DNA of 62,584 bases, counting the filler, from Nemertoderma westbladi (Eukaryota > Animalia > Xenacoelomorpha): the NCBI GenBank assembly GCA_032718475.1. It is 3 parts of 3 records of this genome, joined end to end, with 100 filler letters (N's around TTAATTAATTAA, not from the genome) between each part and the next. Parts side by side here need not be neighbours in the genome. Positions count along the whole stretch, not along the records: positions 49,273 to 62,584 come from JAUCBJ010006362.1; 2 more parts are not named here. The stretch is one strand, 5' to 3'. Under the pieces are notes generated by a model. The model saw nothing but the letters and a program-made list of their open reading frames with translations. It did not search any database and was not told where the DNA came from. Position numbers and translations under genes: made by a program. This document shows positions 49,273 to 62,392 of the stretch, piece after piece (within the stretch, counting starts at the first letter, position 1; every line of letters starts with the position of its first letter).

Positions 49273-49962
49273 TATTCTATTTTATAAATACACAGAATTC
49301 TGGAATATTTTATTTTGCAAAAAACAGCAGCGCAAGTACTGACTATCAAGGTATACTACAGGTAATTGTTTTCCTCCGTTTAACTTGCATTTGTATTACT
49401 AATGCATAGCTATTTATGAAATAAATAAAATATTCCAGAATTCTGTGTATTTATAAAATAGAATAAAATAGCCCATTGGAGGTGAAAATACATGCAACTT
49501 TCGAACGCCCATAGCTCAGCTATTTCCCAACCAAATTCAAATATTTTTACATATTTGGAATCCTTGCATGGTCAGCTTTCCATCGGTACCAACAAACTGC
49601 TATAAGGTGGAAGAATAACTGCAGTACAACTGGTGTAATATCGCCGGAGACACTTTTTTCAAACGCTTGTAGCTAAAGATTGAAAGCAAAAATAAAAATT
49701 CTGGCTCACCCACTCAGTGGCCGGGAGGTGGAACTATCTCTGTTTCAAATTTCATGCAATCTCATTAAGATTTGTAGAAAAATTAGGGGGGGGGGGGCCG
49801 TGTCACTGAATTACGACACTATATTCTGGGACATGGTTATTCATATCGAATTTCGTATCGTATCAGTAGAAAAATTAGGGGGGGGGGGGGGGGGGGCGTG
49901 TCACTGAATTACGACACTATATTCTGGGACATGGTTATTCATATCGAATTTCGTATCGTATC
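49273..49962. mobile_element. Right half of a diverged member of the CAC-terminus foldback MITE family; terminal ~100 bp duplicated
   Basis: GTAGAAAAATTAG(G)n..GTGTCACTGAATTACGACACTATATTCTGGGACATGGT at about 49775 and 49866; similar to the end at 41795-41861. Confidence 0.65.
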
Positions 49963-50998
49963 ATAAAAATTTCCTTCGTATCGTATAATACGAATATAAA
50001 TTTTTTGTATTTCGTGTCGTATTTTCGTAACTTATTATATTTCGTAAATATTAATGTTTTTAACAGTCAAAACAGAGATCAACACCACTTATTTCTTTTG
50101 ACGATAAAATGTATAAGACTGGAGGATCGTTAGTCACATTCACATTGTAATTAACTGAAGAATAATGATAAAAAGACCACTGAAATATAATCTAATTACA
50201 GTTTAAATAAACTTGTGAGGAGAACTCTAATCGCACATACAAGGCATTGCTGTTATGGTAAAGGTATTAGTGAGAGAATGAAAGAAATTAAATATTTGTT
50301 TTATAATTAATTAATAATGTTTCTCTGAACATATAATTAATAATTGAATATTTGTTTTGAAATAAACCAGTTTTATTCTAGAATTAGTTTGACTTCGAAA
50401 TTAAAGGTTTGAATTTTATTCCAAATTGGTACATCAAATTTCCATAAATAACGGCATTTGGCCTCGGTACAGCAGTACGGTACAGTTTGCACAAAGTGGC
50501 AAGGTAATATGGTAACGCCTACTTTTAGGCACCGTTGCATAACGTCCTTATGGATGTTGTAGTCAGTATAGCCGCCATGTTGCTGTAGCAGACGTATTGG
50601 AACATTGATAAATAAAAAATATTTGCCTAATAACAAATATATAGAGATTTATATGATTTTCCAACTTCTAGTGTCTCCGACGATATTGCACCAGTTACTC
50701 CTCAGTTATTCTTCCAATCATAAAGTGATTTGTTGGTACCAATGGAAAGCTGGCCATGTAAGGATTCCAAAAATATAACACATTCTGAATTTCGCCATAA
50801 AATAGCTGAGATACCAGCGGTCAAAATGTTGCTTCCGCTGCAGGCCATTTATTAGACTACATAATAGGGTTATGGTGCGTTAGGTCCTGGTAGCTTTAGG
50901 TCCTGGTAGCTAAAGCTGGTGGCATTAGGTCCTGCGTCCTGTTAGCGTTAGGGCCGTGCCATTAGGTCAGTACCGGTAGGTCCAGTCTGTCTTCAAAA

Positions 50999-53158
50999 CC
51001 CGGTCAGGGCCATTCTAACCAAAATTGGCCAAACGGGTGTCCTGAAGCCATAACTTCTGTTTATGTCGGTTCTAGAAAGTGGTTGATGGCTTCAAAGAAA
51101 GCTGCTGAAGCGTAGATTTTGTACAATTAATTTCAGCTCAAACAGACATCATGTCTTCCTGTAGTAGCACTAGCAGAACATAATATGGCCAAAAATATGG
51201 TCAAAATGACATTTTCACATGTCCCAGGCCCAAAGTGCTAGTAGAACAAACTGTTATAAAATTCCAACCCCAAGGTCATATCCATTAAACCAACATATCG
51301 TTAGAAAGCTGGATAAATGGAGATTCGTTTTCAGCAGTATTTGTATACGTACAATGTAGTTGGTGTCGTACAGCTGCATTTAACATCGTATCCGACATTT
51401 TTCTGATTTTTATGTCCGACCCTGTAATGGTGCTCATTTCATCTTAACTTTTTAAGAGCAATCCTAAAAGTAAATATTTATTTGAAAGCAAATTTTCTCA
51501 GGATGGTCTAGAGTTGAAGCAGAGACCTGTTTTTCTTAATCCCGGTAAACCAGAGCTCTACCCGGAGAATTATTTTGAAAAATACCGGAGACCAGAGCCA
51601 GAGATCAGAGACTTGGCTTATTTTTCTACTTACAATTTGATTACTCCCCTATAGCACAAACAGGTACATACGGCCTTAGAACTATTTTTCTATGGTTCAA
51701 TTACAGTAAAGTAAATCCAACCCATTTCAACCCTTACCAATTGGAAGAAAATAGGCGCACGTACAGTTTGGGGGCTTAATTAATATTAATTTGGTTATTT
51801 GTTTATAAATTCGTTCTTATTTTGTTATTGTTAACAATATGATATATAATTTTGTTTTGCGCCATAGGTACCGGTACTTTGTTAATTAAAGGCATTTATT
51901 TTACAATTGTTCAAATCATATACATTTCAATGTACTATAAACTTAATCATTTACGAATACTTAGTGCACAGGTATAGTGCTCTACTCGCCCCATTTACAA
52001 GCCTCGTTACGCTCGTTCATATTATCTATCCTATAACAAATTGAATGGAGATCAGCCCTTTCTTTCACTTTTAAACATTATGAGTGCTCAAATTAAGCGC
52101 CCTTATCCTTAAATAAGAACCATCTTTAGGTGCTAATTTAACTTAAAATTAAACGAAACTTAAATGAATTAAATAGAAGATTATCGGTAGGCCCAACATT
52201 TATTAGAAATATAAATAGTGTAAAAATGAATATATAATTGTGTTGATTCAACACAATTATATATTCACTAGAAGCAGTGTATGTAAAATAGTTAAAAATT
52301 AAAGAATTAATTGTAAAAAAATTGTGAAAAATAATCTTCATTTCACATTTTGTGTTGTACAGGATCTATTTTTAAATATCTATTTCTAATTTGACAAATC
52401 ACTGATCTCTGGGTAAAATGTCTGTTTTCAATACCCGGGAACCAGAGAGACCTATCCAGAGACCAAAAAATTGCCCGGAGAATCCAGAGATCAGAGATCA
52501 GTGACAGGTCTCTGTTTCAACTCTAATGACCATGTTAAAATTTCATTTGCTTAATCTCCGTACAAGTAATCGTCTTCTAAGTAGACCAAAGTATATGTGA
52601 CAATCACTTTGTCCGGCCCCTGTAGTGATCACACATTGCCTATTTAAAAGTGATAGAATTACAGATAAAAGTTAGTAAAGATACTGCCAGATTCTTATTT
52701 CAACGCGCTTTCAGGGGGTGTATGAAATATGTAGGTTAGCCACACTGCAAATTATTTATAAACAATAATCAATCACTGTGTCCGGCCCTGTAATGGTGTC
52801 CGCCCCTGGTAATGTATGGCTCTGGGAGGCTCTGGGATCACGTTCACTATGTTTAATATCATAAATGTGCATCTTTCACTATTCAAAATATAATTATATG
52901 CTTATAATTATTATTATACATTTACCAAGAAATGTAGGCCTATGCATTACAAGCCGGACAAATCATTACAGGGCGGACTCGTTTTAAATGCCAAATAAAT
53001 TTTTTCAACGGCGCAAAAGTGTTTGACCATGGTGCCCAAGAAATTCCTGACATCAAGAGCTTTCAGAAAATATATGGGTTTACTATATTATGGAGAAAAA
53101 AATTTTTGGAAAAATGTACACCCGTCTTGGCCAATTTTGGTGAGAATGGGCCGGCAGG
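50999..53158. mobile_element. piggyBac-like non-autonomous element (nested)
   Basis: GGCCCATTCTAACCAAAATTGGCCAAACGGGTG near 51008 is mirrored at about 53120-53152; TTAA at the right flank, degenerate at the left. Confidence 0.45.
51509..52525 (+). mobile_element. ~1.02-kb hAT-like MITE, copy 1
   Basis: TIR TAGAGTTGAA(G/A)CAGAGACCTGT; full-length inverted homolog at 59924-60948; TSD not preserved here. Confidence 0.85.
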
Positions 53159-53274
53159 TTAATAAAGGAGCGGGATAGAGAGTTAGGAATATTGTAGAAT
53201 AGATTAAATTGAGAATCAACAGTCAGATATATGCCACAAGACCTAATGCTACAACATGACCTACCGCTAATGCG

Positions 53275-53961
53275 CCAGGACCTAAAGCTACAGGACCTAA
53301 CGCTACAGGCTGACAGGACCTAAAGTATACCGATTTGGACCTAAAGCTACAGGACCTAACGCTACAGGACCTAAAGTATACCGATTTGGACTTAACGCTA
53401 CAGGACCTAACGCTACAGGACCTAAAGTATACCGATTTGGACCTAACGCTACAGGACCTAACGCTACAGGACCTAAAGTATACCGATTTGGACTTAACGC
53501 TACAGGACCTAACGCTACAGGACCTAAAGTATACCGATTTGGACTTAACGCTACAGGACCTAACGCTACAGGACCTAAAGTATACCGATTTGGACCTAAC
53601 GCTACAGGACCTAAAGTATACCGATTTGGACCTAACGCTACAGGACCTAAAGTATACCGATTTGGACCTAAAGCTACAGGACCTAAAGTATGCCGATTTG
53701 GACCTAAAGCTACAGGACCTAACGCTACAGGACCTAAAGTATACCGATTTGGACCTAAAGCTACAGGACCTAAAGTATACCGATTTGGACCTAACGCTAC
53801 AGGACCTAACGCTACAGGACCTAAAGTATACCGATTTGGACCTAAAGCTACAGGACCTAACGCTACAGGATGACAGGACATAAAGTATACCGATTTGGAC
53901 CTAACGCTACAGGACCTAACGCTACAGGACCTAAAGTATACCGATTTGGACCTAACGCTAC
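53275..53961. repeat. Composite 15-bp (GGACCTAACGCTACA) / 21-bp (GGACCTAAAGTATACCGATTT) minisatellite
   Basis: Units alternate to give 36- and 51-bp superunits; source of the ORFs 53303- and 53335+. Confidence 0.95.
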
Positions 53962-56900
53962 ATTGCCAATAATAGTATGAATAAAGAGGAATTAATTGCA
54001 TTGTTAGTTGTTGTCCAGCTACTAATGGCATAAACAATGTTCCAGAAAAATGTATTTATGTTCAATCGGCGTGAAATACGGCGTGAAATAAGAGTAAACT
54101 CAATAAAGGGTTATATATCACGGTGTGAAATAAAGTAACGGAACCGGTATAAGATATGATAAACCAACTTTTACCAGTGTCTGTCATAATCAAAGTGCAG
54201 GCGTAAATATAGCGTACACACGTACGTACACCTAGTTTGGTATAAGTTATGAATTCTCAGCAATAATAAATATTAAGGATTCACTGACACTACTAACCTT
54301 TAAATCTATGTTAAAACTCATATGTTCCACTGTAACTAGCAACGATAGCAGTGATTGTAACTGAAAAATATAAAGTTTATCGAATATACAATAAAGAATA
54401 AACTATACTTTATAGGAAAAATTAAAGTCAGTCATATAAGTACATAATAATAACAAACTAAGAAAGGTTTGAAATAAATCTTTACTCTAAGAAAAATATG
54501 TTGTTAAAAACGGACGACTTAATTCACAATAGTGAGCAGAATTAATTTTCTTTCAATAATTATTTTAGTGATAGAAAGGCCTCTACGACTAATACACCAG
54601 TAAAAATAAGGAAATTAGGTGAACCAGAAATAACACTTCTTTTTGTAGACGGTAAAAATTCTACTTTCTTTCCCCATGTAATAAATAATTATTCTTTTAA
54701 TCATGAATTTTTAAGGACTAAGTTGCCCGGATAAGTTGTTGACAATAACATTCAAAGTAATAATACGGAACATAAATGTAACGAATATGAACCACAAATA
54801 CAAAGCAAAGTTAAAGTCAGCCACCAACCTGCAACTCATTGCCAATAATGGAATCCTCGGTGTACCAGTAACTTAGTCGATGTTTATCGGAGGCGAATTT
54901 CTGTATCGTTTCGCCCAGAACGCGTCTAGTGAGGGCCGTACGGATAAATAGTCGACCCTTACCCTGGATAGTTCGGACCTAAAGTAAAATAGTCGGCCTT
55001 TAACCCGGATAGTTCCGACCTAAAGTAAAATAGTCAGCCTTTAACCTGGACAGTACGGACCTAAAGTAAAATAGTCGGCCTTTAACCTGGACGGTACGGA
55101 CCTAAAGTAAAATAGTCGGCCTTTAACCTGGACAGTTCGGACCTAAAGTAAAATAGTCGGCCTTTAACCTGGACGGTACGGACCTAAAGTAAAATAGTCG
55201 GCCTTTAACCTGGACAGTACGGACCTAAAGTAAAATAGTCGGACTTTAACCTGGAAAGTTCGGACCAAAAGTAAAATAGTCGGCCTTTAACCTTGACAGT
55301 TCGGACCTAAAGTAAAATAGTCGGCCTTTAACCTGGACAGTTCGGTCGGACCTAAAGTAAAATAGTCGGCCTTTAACGTGGACATTTCGGACCTAAAGTA
55401 AAATAGTCGGCCTTTAACATGGACGGTACGGACCTAAAGTGAAATAGTCGGCCTTTAACCTGGACAGTACGGACCTAAAGTAAAATAGTCAGCCTTTAAC
55501 CTGGACAGTACGGACCTAAAGTAAAATAGTCGGCCTTTAACCTGGAAAGTTCGGACCTAAAGTAAAATAGTCGGCCTTTAACCTGGACAGTTCGGACCTA
55601 AAGTAAAATAGTCGGCCTTTAACCTGGACGGTACGGACCTAAAGTAAAATAGTCGGCCTTTAACCTGGACAGTACGGACCTAAAGAAAAATAGTCGGACT
55701 TTAACCTGGAAAGTTCGGACCTAAAGTAAAATAGCCGGCCTTTAACCTGGACAGTTCGGACCTAAAGTAAAATAGTCATCCTTTAACCTGGACAGTTCGG
55801 TCGGACCTAAAGTAAAATAGTCGGCCTTTAACGTGGACATTTCGGACCTAAAGTAAAATAGTCGGCCTTTAACCTGGACAGTACGGACCTAAAGTAAAAT
55901 AGTCGGACTTTAACCTGGAAAGTTCGGACCAAAAGTAAAATAGTCGGCCTTTAACCTGGAAAGTTCGGACCTAAAGTAAAATAGTCGGCCTTTAACCTGG
56001 ACAGTTCGGACCTAAAGTAAAATAGTCGGCCTTTAACCTGGACGGTACGGACCTAAAGTAAAATAGTCGGCCTTTAACCTGGACAGTACGGATCTAAAGA
56101 AAAATAGTCGGCCTTTGACCTGGACGGTTCGGACCTAAAGTAAAATAGCCGGCCTTTAACCCGGATAGTTCGGACCTAAAGTAAAACAGTCGGCCTTTAA
56201 CCTGGACGGTACGGACCTAAAGTAAAATAGTCGGCCTTTAACTTGGATAGTTAGGACCTAAAGTAAAATAGTCGGCCTTTAACCTGGACGGTACGGACCT
56301 GACTTGAAGTAAAATAGTCGGCCTTTAACCTGGACAGTTCGGACCTAAAGTAAAATAGTCGGCCTTTAACCCGGATAGTTCGGACCTAAAGTAAAACAGT
56401 AGGCCTTTAACCTGGACAGTTCGGACCTAAAGTAAAATAGTCGGCCATTAACCTGGACAGTACGGACCTAATAGTCGGCCTTTACACTGGACAGTTCGGA
56501 CCTGAATTAAAATAGTCGGCCTTTAACCTGGACGGTACGGACCTGAAGTAAAATAATTGGCCTTTAACCTGGATAGTTCGGACCTAAAGTAAAATAGTCG
56601 GCCTTTAACCTGGACGGTACGGACCTGACTTGAAGTAAAATAGTTGGCCTTTAACCTGGACAGTTCGGACCTAAAGTAAAATAGTCGGCCTTTAACCCGG
56701 ATAGGCCTAGTTCGGACCTAAAGTAAAACAGTAGGCCTTTAACCTGGACAGTTCGGACCTAAAGTAGAATAGTCGGCCTTTAACCTGGACAGTACGGACC
56801 GAAAGTAAAATAGTCGACCTTTACACTGGACAGTTCGGACCTGAAGTAAAATAGTCGGCCTTTAACATGGACGGTACGGACCTAAAGTGAAATAGTCGGC

Positions 56901-58427
56901 CTTTAACCTGGACAGTACGGACCTAAAGTAAAATAGTCAGCCTTTAACCTGGACAGTACGGACCTAAAGTAAAATAGTCGGCCTTTAACCTGGAAAGTTC
57001 GGACCTAAAGTAAAATAGTCGGCCTTTAACCTGGACAGTTCGGACCTAAAGTAAAATAGTCGGCCTTTAACCTGGACGGTACGGACCTAAAGTAAAATAG
57101 TCGGCCTTTAACCTGGACAGTACGGACCTAAAGAAAAATAGTCGGACTTTAACCTGGAAAGTTCGGACCTAAAGTAAAATAGCCGGCCTTTAACCTGGAC
57201 AGTTCGGACCTAAAGTAAAATAGTCATCCTTTAACCTGGACAGTTCGGTCGGACCTAAAGTAAAATAGTCGGCCTTTAACGTGGACATTTCGGACCTAAA
57301 GTAAAATAGTCGGACTTTAACCTGGAAAGTTCGGACCAAAAGTAAAATAGTCGGCCTTTAACCTGGAAAGTTCGGACCTAAAGTAAAATAGTCGGCCTTT
57401 AACCTGGACAGTTCGGACCTAAAGTAAAATAGTCGGCCTTTAACCTGGACGGTACGGACCTAAAGTAAAATAGTCGGCCTTTAACCTGGACAGTACGGAT
57501 CTAAAGAAAAATAGTCGGCCTTTGACCTGGACGGTTCGGACCTAAAGTAAAATAGCCGGCCTTTAACCCGGATAGTTCGGACCTAAAGTAAAACAGTCGG
57601 CCTTTAACCTGGACGGTACGGACCTAAAGTAAAATAGTCGGCCTTTAACTTGGATAGTTAGGACCTAAAGTAAAATAGTCGGCCTTTAACCTGGACGGTA
57701 CGGACCTGACTTGAAGTAAAATAGTCGGCCTTTAACCTGGACAGTTCGGACCTAAAGTAAAATAGTCGGCCTTTAACCCGGATAGTTCGGACCTAAAGTA
57801 AAACAGTAGGCATTTAACCTGGACAGTTCGGACCTAAAGTAAAATAGTCGGCCATTAACCTGGACAGTACGGACCTAATAGTCGGCCTTTACACTGGACA
57901 GTTCGGACCTGAATTAAAATAGTCGGCCTTTAACCTGGACGGTACGGACCTGAAGTAAAATAATTGGCCTTTAACCTGGATAGTTCGGACCTAAAGTAAA
58001 ATAGTCGGCCTTTAACCTGGACGGTACGGACCTGACTTGAAGTAAAATAGTTGGCCTTTAACCTGGACAGTTCGGACCTAAAGTAAAATAGTCGGCCTTT
58101 AACCCGGATAGGCCTAGTTCGGACCTAAAGTAAAACAGTAGGCCTTTAACCTGGACAGTTCGGACCTAAAGTAGAATAGTCGGCCTTTAACCTGGACAGT
58201 ACGGACCGAAAGTAAAATAGTCGACCTTTACACTGGACAGTTCGGACCTGAAGTAAAATAGTCGGCCTTTATCCTGGATAGTTCGGACCTAAAGTAAAAT
58301 TGTCGGCCTTTAACCCGGATAGTTCGGACCTAAAGTAAAACAGTCGGCCTTTAACATGGACAGTTCGGACCTAAAGTAAAATTGTCGGCCTTTAACCTGG
58401 ACGGTACGGACCTGACTTGAAGTAAAA

Positions 58428-58670
58428 TCAAACAAAAGCAAACAGTCGGCCGAAGCCGGAGGCGACCCGAAGGCTCCTCTTTCGATAGCTGCCACCCGAG
58501 GGTAGGGGTAGGCGCTACTCCTATCCCAAGATTTGCTCCCAGTTATTTAACTGGTACTCATTTTATCGACCCCACTGCATGAAAGGCTGAGTGGACCCTG
58601 GCGGGGCTGAACCTACAACCAATAGATTGCTGGCCCGGTGCTCAAACAACTGAGCTACCCCGCCCTTAGT
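58428..58670 (-). mobile_element. tRNA-derived SINE, family 4 (Meta-domain-like body), full length
   Basis: Minus strand: A box GGTAGCTCAGTTG, B-box-like GGTTCAGCCC, body GTCCACTCAGCCTTTCAT..GGTCGATAAAATGAGTACCAG; TSD TTGAAGTAAAA at 58417-58427 and 58671-58681. Confidence 0.9.
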
Positions 58671-58807
58671 TTGAAGTAAAAGAGTCGGCCTTTAACCTGG
58701 ACAGTTCGGACCTAAAGTAAAATAGTCGGCCTTTAACCCGGAAAGTTCGGACCTAAAGTAAAACATTCGGCCTTTAACCTGGACAGTACGAACCTAAAAG
58801 TAAAATA

Positions 58808-59785
58808 CTACTACTGCTAGGATCGGCATGCTGCATTGCAGCTGCATTTTTAAGAATGCTGTGCCGGCTTATCGACAAAATTGCACCGCCACAACTCCCT
58901 ATCACCCATGACATTTGCTAGATCATCCGCATCTTCAAGGCCAGTGTCCTTTAAGATGCGTCTCAAGAAAGTCATGGGCTGTCCACCATGCTTATTCACT
59001 CCATGAGGCTGCCAAAGTACAAGATTTTGCACTGGCTGACCCTCACGGCGAAAGCAATGTCCTGCAAAGCGGAGGCGATTTTGTTCTAGTGTCAAGCTTG
59101 GGCGAACCAATGAGACACCACCAATGTTATATGGTTATATAGTGTCTGGTTGGAGATGTGTGCGTTGTACTTGACACAATGAACCCGGCGTAGCATTCTT
59201 GTGAATGTGCCATCCAGAGATTTGGTGTCCTCAGCAGTTAGAGCCCAGCATGGACTCCCATAGAGGAGTACTGGAACTACTGCTGCTCTAAATAATCGGA
59301 CCTTAAGTTTCCGATTAATTCTCGGTGACTTCCAAATCCTGGAAAGCCTATTCAAGGCTGCCCATGCCTTTCCCTTACGTATTCTAAGGTCCTCACCTGA
59401 CTTCCGGATCCATGATCCCAGGTAACAGAAGTCATCCACATGCTCAAGCATACCATCCTTTGAGCTTATGCTCATCCGATCAGAGACTTGCTGAGGACTT
59501 TCAAAGTTAACTGTCAAAATGTTGGTCTTTCTGGAGTTAATAAAAAGACCAACACTAGAAGCAGCCTGTTCTAATGAGCTGAGGAGCCGTTGGGCTCCCT
59601 CCAGTGATTCTGAAAGTACTCCTAAGTCATCAGCAAAGTCGAGATCAGTTAGGTATTTGGCAGGATTTCCTCGACTTCTGGAGCCAGTAGGTGGAGTTAT
59701 CATCACCTCATCATCATTATGATGATCTAAGGACATGCGTAGAACATAGTCAACAACAATTATGAACAAGAAAGGTGCAAGTGAA
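58808..59785 (-). pseudogene. 5'-truncated RTE-clade LINE inserted in the 41-bp satellite
   Basis: LTDLDFADDL, FCYLGSWI, LLYGSPCWAL, RLRFAGHCFR; (TAG)n-like tail near 58808; AAAGTAAAATA on both flanks. Confidence 0.92.
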
Positions 59786-59923
59786 ATAAAGTAAAGTAAA
59801 GTAAAGTAAAATAGTCGGCCTTTAACCTGGACGGTACGGACCTAAAGTAAAATAGTCGGCCTTTAACCTGGACAGTACGGACCTAAAGTAAAACAGACGG
59901 CCTTTAACCTGGACGGTACGGAC

Positions 59924-60948
59924 TAGAGTTGAAACAGAGACTTGTCACTGATCTCTGATCTCTGGATTCTCCGGGTTATTTTTTTGTCTCTGGATAGGTC
60001 TCTGGTTCCCGGGTATTGAAAAAATACATTTTACCCAGAGATCAGTGATTTTACAAATTAGAAAAAGATATTTAAAAATAGATCCTGTACAACACAAAAT
60101 GTGAAATGAAGATAATTTTTCACAAATTTTTTAATCATTAATTATTTCCTTAATTTTTAACTGTTTTCAATAGACCACTTCAACAAAATTATATATTCAA
60201 TTCACTTTTACACTATTTCTATTTCTAATAAATGTACCGATAATCTTCTATTTAATTAAATTAAGGTGCGTTTAATTAAGTTAAATTAGCACCTAAAGGT
60301 CGTTCTTATTTAAGGATAAGGGCGCTTAATTAGAGCACTCATAATGTTTAAAAGTGAAAGAAAGGGCTGTTCTCCATTCAATTTGTTATAGAATAGATAA
60401 TATGACGACCAAATGGAGAGAACGAGCGTAACGAGGCTTGTAAATGGGGCGAGTAGAGTACTATACCTGTGCACTAAGTATTCGTAAATGACTAAGTTTA
60501 TAGTATACAGTATTGAAATGTATATGATTTGAACTATAATTGTAAAATAAATGCCTTTAATTAACAAAGTACCGGTACCTATGGCGCAAAACAAATTTAT
60601 GTAACATATTATACTAACAATAACAAAATAAGAACGAATTAATAAACAAATAACCAAATTAATATTAATTAAGCCCCCCAACCTGTACGAGCGCTTATTT
60701 CCCTTACAATGGGTAAGGGAAATAAGGGTTGGAATGGGTTGGATTTAGTTTACTGTAATTGAACCATAGAAAAATAGTTAAGGCCGTATGTACCTGTTTG
60801 TGCTATAGGGAAGTAATCAAATTGTAAGTAGAAAAATAAGCCAAGTCTCCGATCTCCGGCTCTGGTCTCCGGTATTTTTCAAAATAATTCTCCGGGTAGG
60901 TCTCTGGTTTACCGGGATTAAGAAAAACAGGTCTCTGTTTCAACTCTA
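59924..60948 (-). mobile_element. hAT-like MITE, copy 2 (inverted relative to 51509-52525)
   Basis: TAGAGTTGAAACAGAGAC TIRs; perfect 8-bp TSD GTACGGAC at 59916-59923 and 60949-60956. Confidence 0.93.
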
Positions 60949-61937
60949 GTACGGACCTAAAGTAAAATAGTCGGCCTTTAACCTGGACGGTACGGAGCTG
61001 ACTTGAAGTAAAATAGTCGGCCTTTAACTTGGATAGTTAGGACCTAAAGTAAAATAATCGGCCTTTAACCTGGACAGTACGGACCTAAAGTAAAATAGTC
61101 GGCCTTTAACCTGGACAGTACGGACCTAAAGTAAAATAGTCGGCCTTTAACCTGGACAGTACGGACCTAAAGTAAAATAGTCGGCCTTTAACCTGGACAG
61201 TTCGGACCTAAAGTAAAATAGTCGGCCTTTAACCTGGACAGTTCGGACCTAAAGTAAAATAGTCGGCCTTTAACCTGGACGATACGGACCTAAAGTAAAA
61301 TAGTCGGCCTTTAACCTGGACAGTTCGGACCTAAAGTAAAATAGTCGGCCTTTAACCTGGACGGAACGGACCTAAAGTAAAATAGTCGGCCTTTAACCTG
61401 GACGGAACGGACCTAAAGTAAAATAGTCGGCCTTTAACCAGGACGGTACGGACTTAAAGTGAAATAGTCAGCCTTTACACTGGACAGTACGAAGTCTTGG
61501 CTCGTAATGTGAAACATAGGAAATATAACTAAAATACCTATGATGAGAATGATGTACATTCCGATAACAGCTCAAAATATGTGAAGGTATTATAATTTGA
61601 GAAAATATGGCATGCACCTCAGAAATATTAACTTTTTTAAAGTTTTAGTCTCACCTACCCCCACAAAATCAATGATTGCGCATTCTAACAAAGCTATAAA
61701 TCGTCCTCATATGACCTACCAGAAGTGTGTCTAGCTAGTGGGAAAACGTCCTGTCGCGACCATACTGATGATAGCGATTGTAGTGGGATAACTTTGGTGA
61801 CGTTGAGCACCGGGTAGACTTCAACCAAATTGAAAAAAAAAAATTTCACAGCTTATTTTATCACCATTTGACACATTTTTTTTGGGGGGGGGGGGGGGGG
61901 GGGGGGGTAGCCCGTATGAATTTTGGGCCACCCTAGT

Positions 61938-62392
61938 GTACAGGTGTACTAATGTACTCGCTTCGCCACCTTTGCAAGCCTCGTTGAGCTCGTTCTCTTG
62001 ATGTGGTCCCCATTTTCAAATTTATGGTTTCTCAAATTAAGCACCCTTATCCTTAAATAAGAAACTTCTTTAGGTGCTATTTTATCTTAATTAAACGGTC
62101 CTTAAATTAAATAGAAGATTACCTGTACTGTACATTTAGTATATGAGTCATTATTAAAACTAGTGTAAAAGTGAATATCGAAATGTGTTGAAGCGGAATA
62201 TATTTGTGAAAATAATTTCCATTTTGAATTTTATGTTGTACAAGATAAATATCTATTTAAAATTTGAAAAAATCACTGATCTCTGGGTAAAATGTCAGTT
62301 TTAAATACCCGGGAACCAGAGAGACCTATCCAGAGACCAAAAGACTGCCCGGAGAATCCAAAGAACAGAGATCAATCTATGTTTAAACTGTA
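61938..62392 (+). mobile_element. Diverged partial (right-half) copy of the hAT-like MITE
   Basis: Collinear with about 51968-52525, e.g. CCCTTATCCTTAAATAAGAA and ATACCCGGGAACCAGAGAGACCTATCCAGAGACC. Confidence 0.8.

Larger units (their letters stand above)
50868..53967. mobile_element. MULE/foldback-like element with GGACCTAA subterminal repeats and nested insertions
   Basis: GGTTATGGTGCGTTAGGTCC vs reverse complement of GGACCTAACGCTACATTGCC (16/20); flanks CATAATAG / AATAATAG (7/8 TSD). Confidence 0.55.
54945..61490. repeat. 41-bp satellite GGACCTAAAGTAAAATAGTCGGCCTTTAACCTGGACAGTTC (~105 copies), interrupted by three TE insertions
   Basis: 41-bp periodicity (55141, 55182...); array resumes after each insertion. 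Confidence 0.97.

Noticed and set aside
53303-54037. Repetitive ORFs (LGPVA / LQDL repeats)
   Set aside because: Translation of the 15/21-bp minisatellite.
60310-60681. 123-aa hydrophobic ORF
   Set aside because: Lies in the AT-rich interior of the hAT-like MITE; the ORF track shows no equivalent ORF in the sister copy at 51509-52525.
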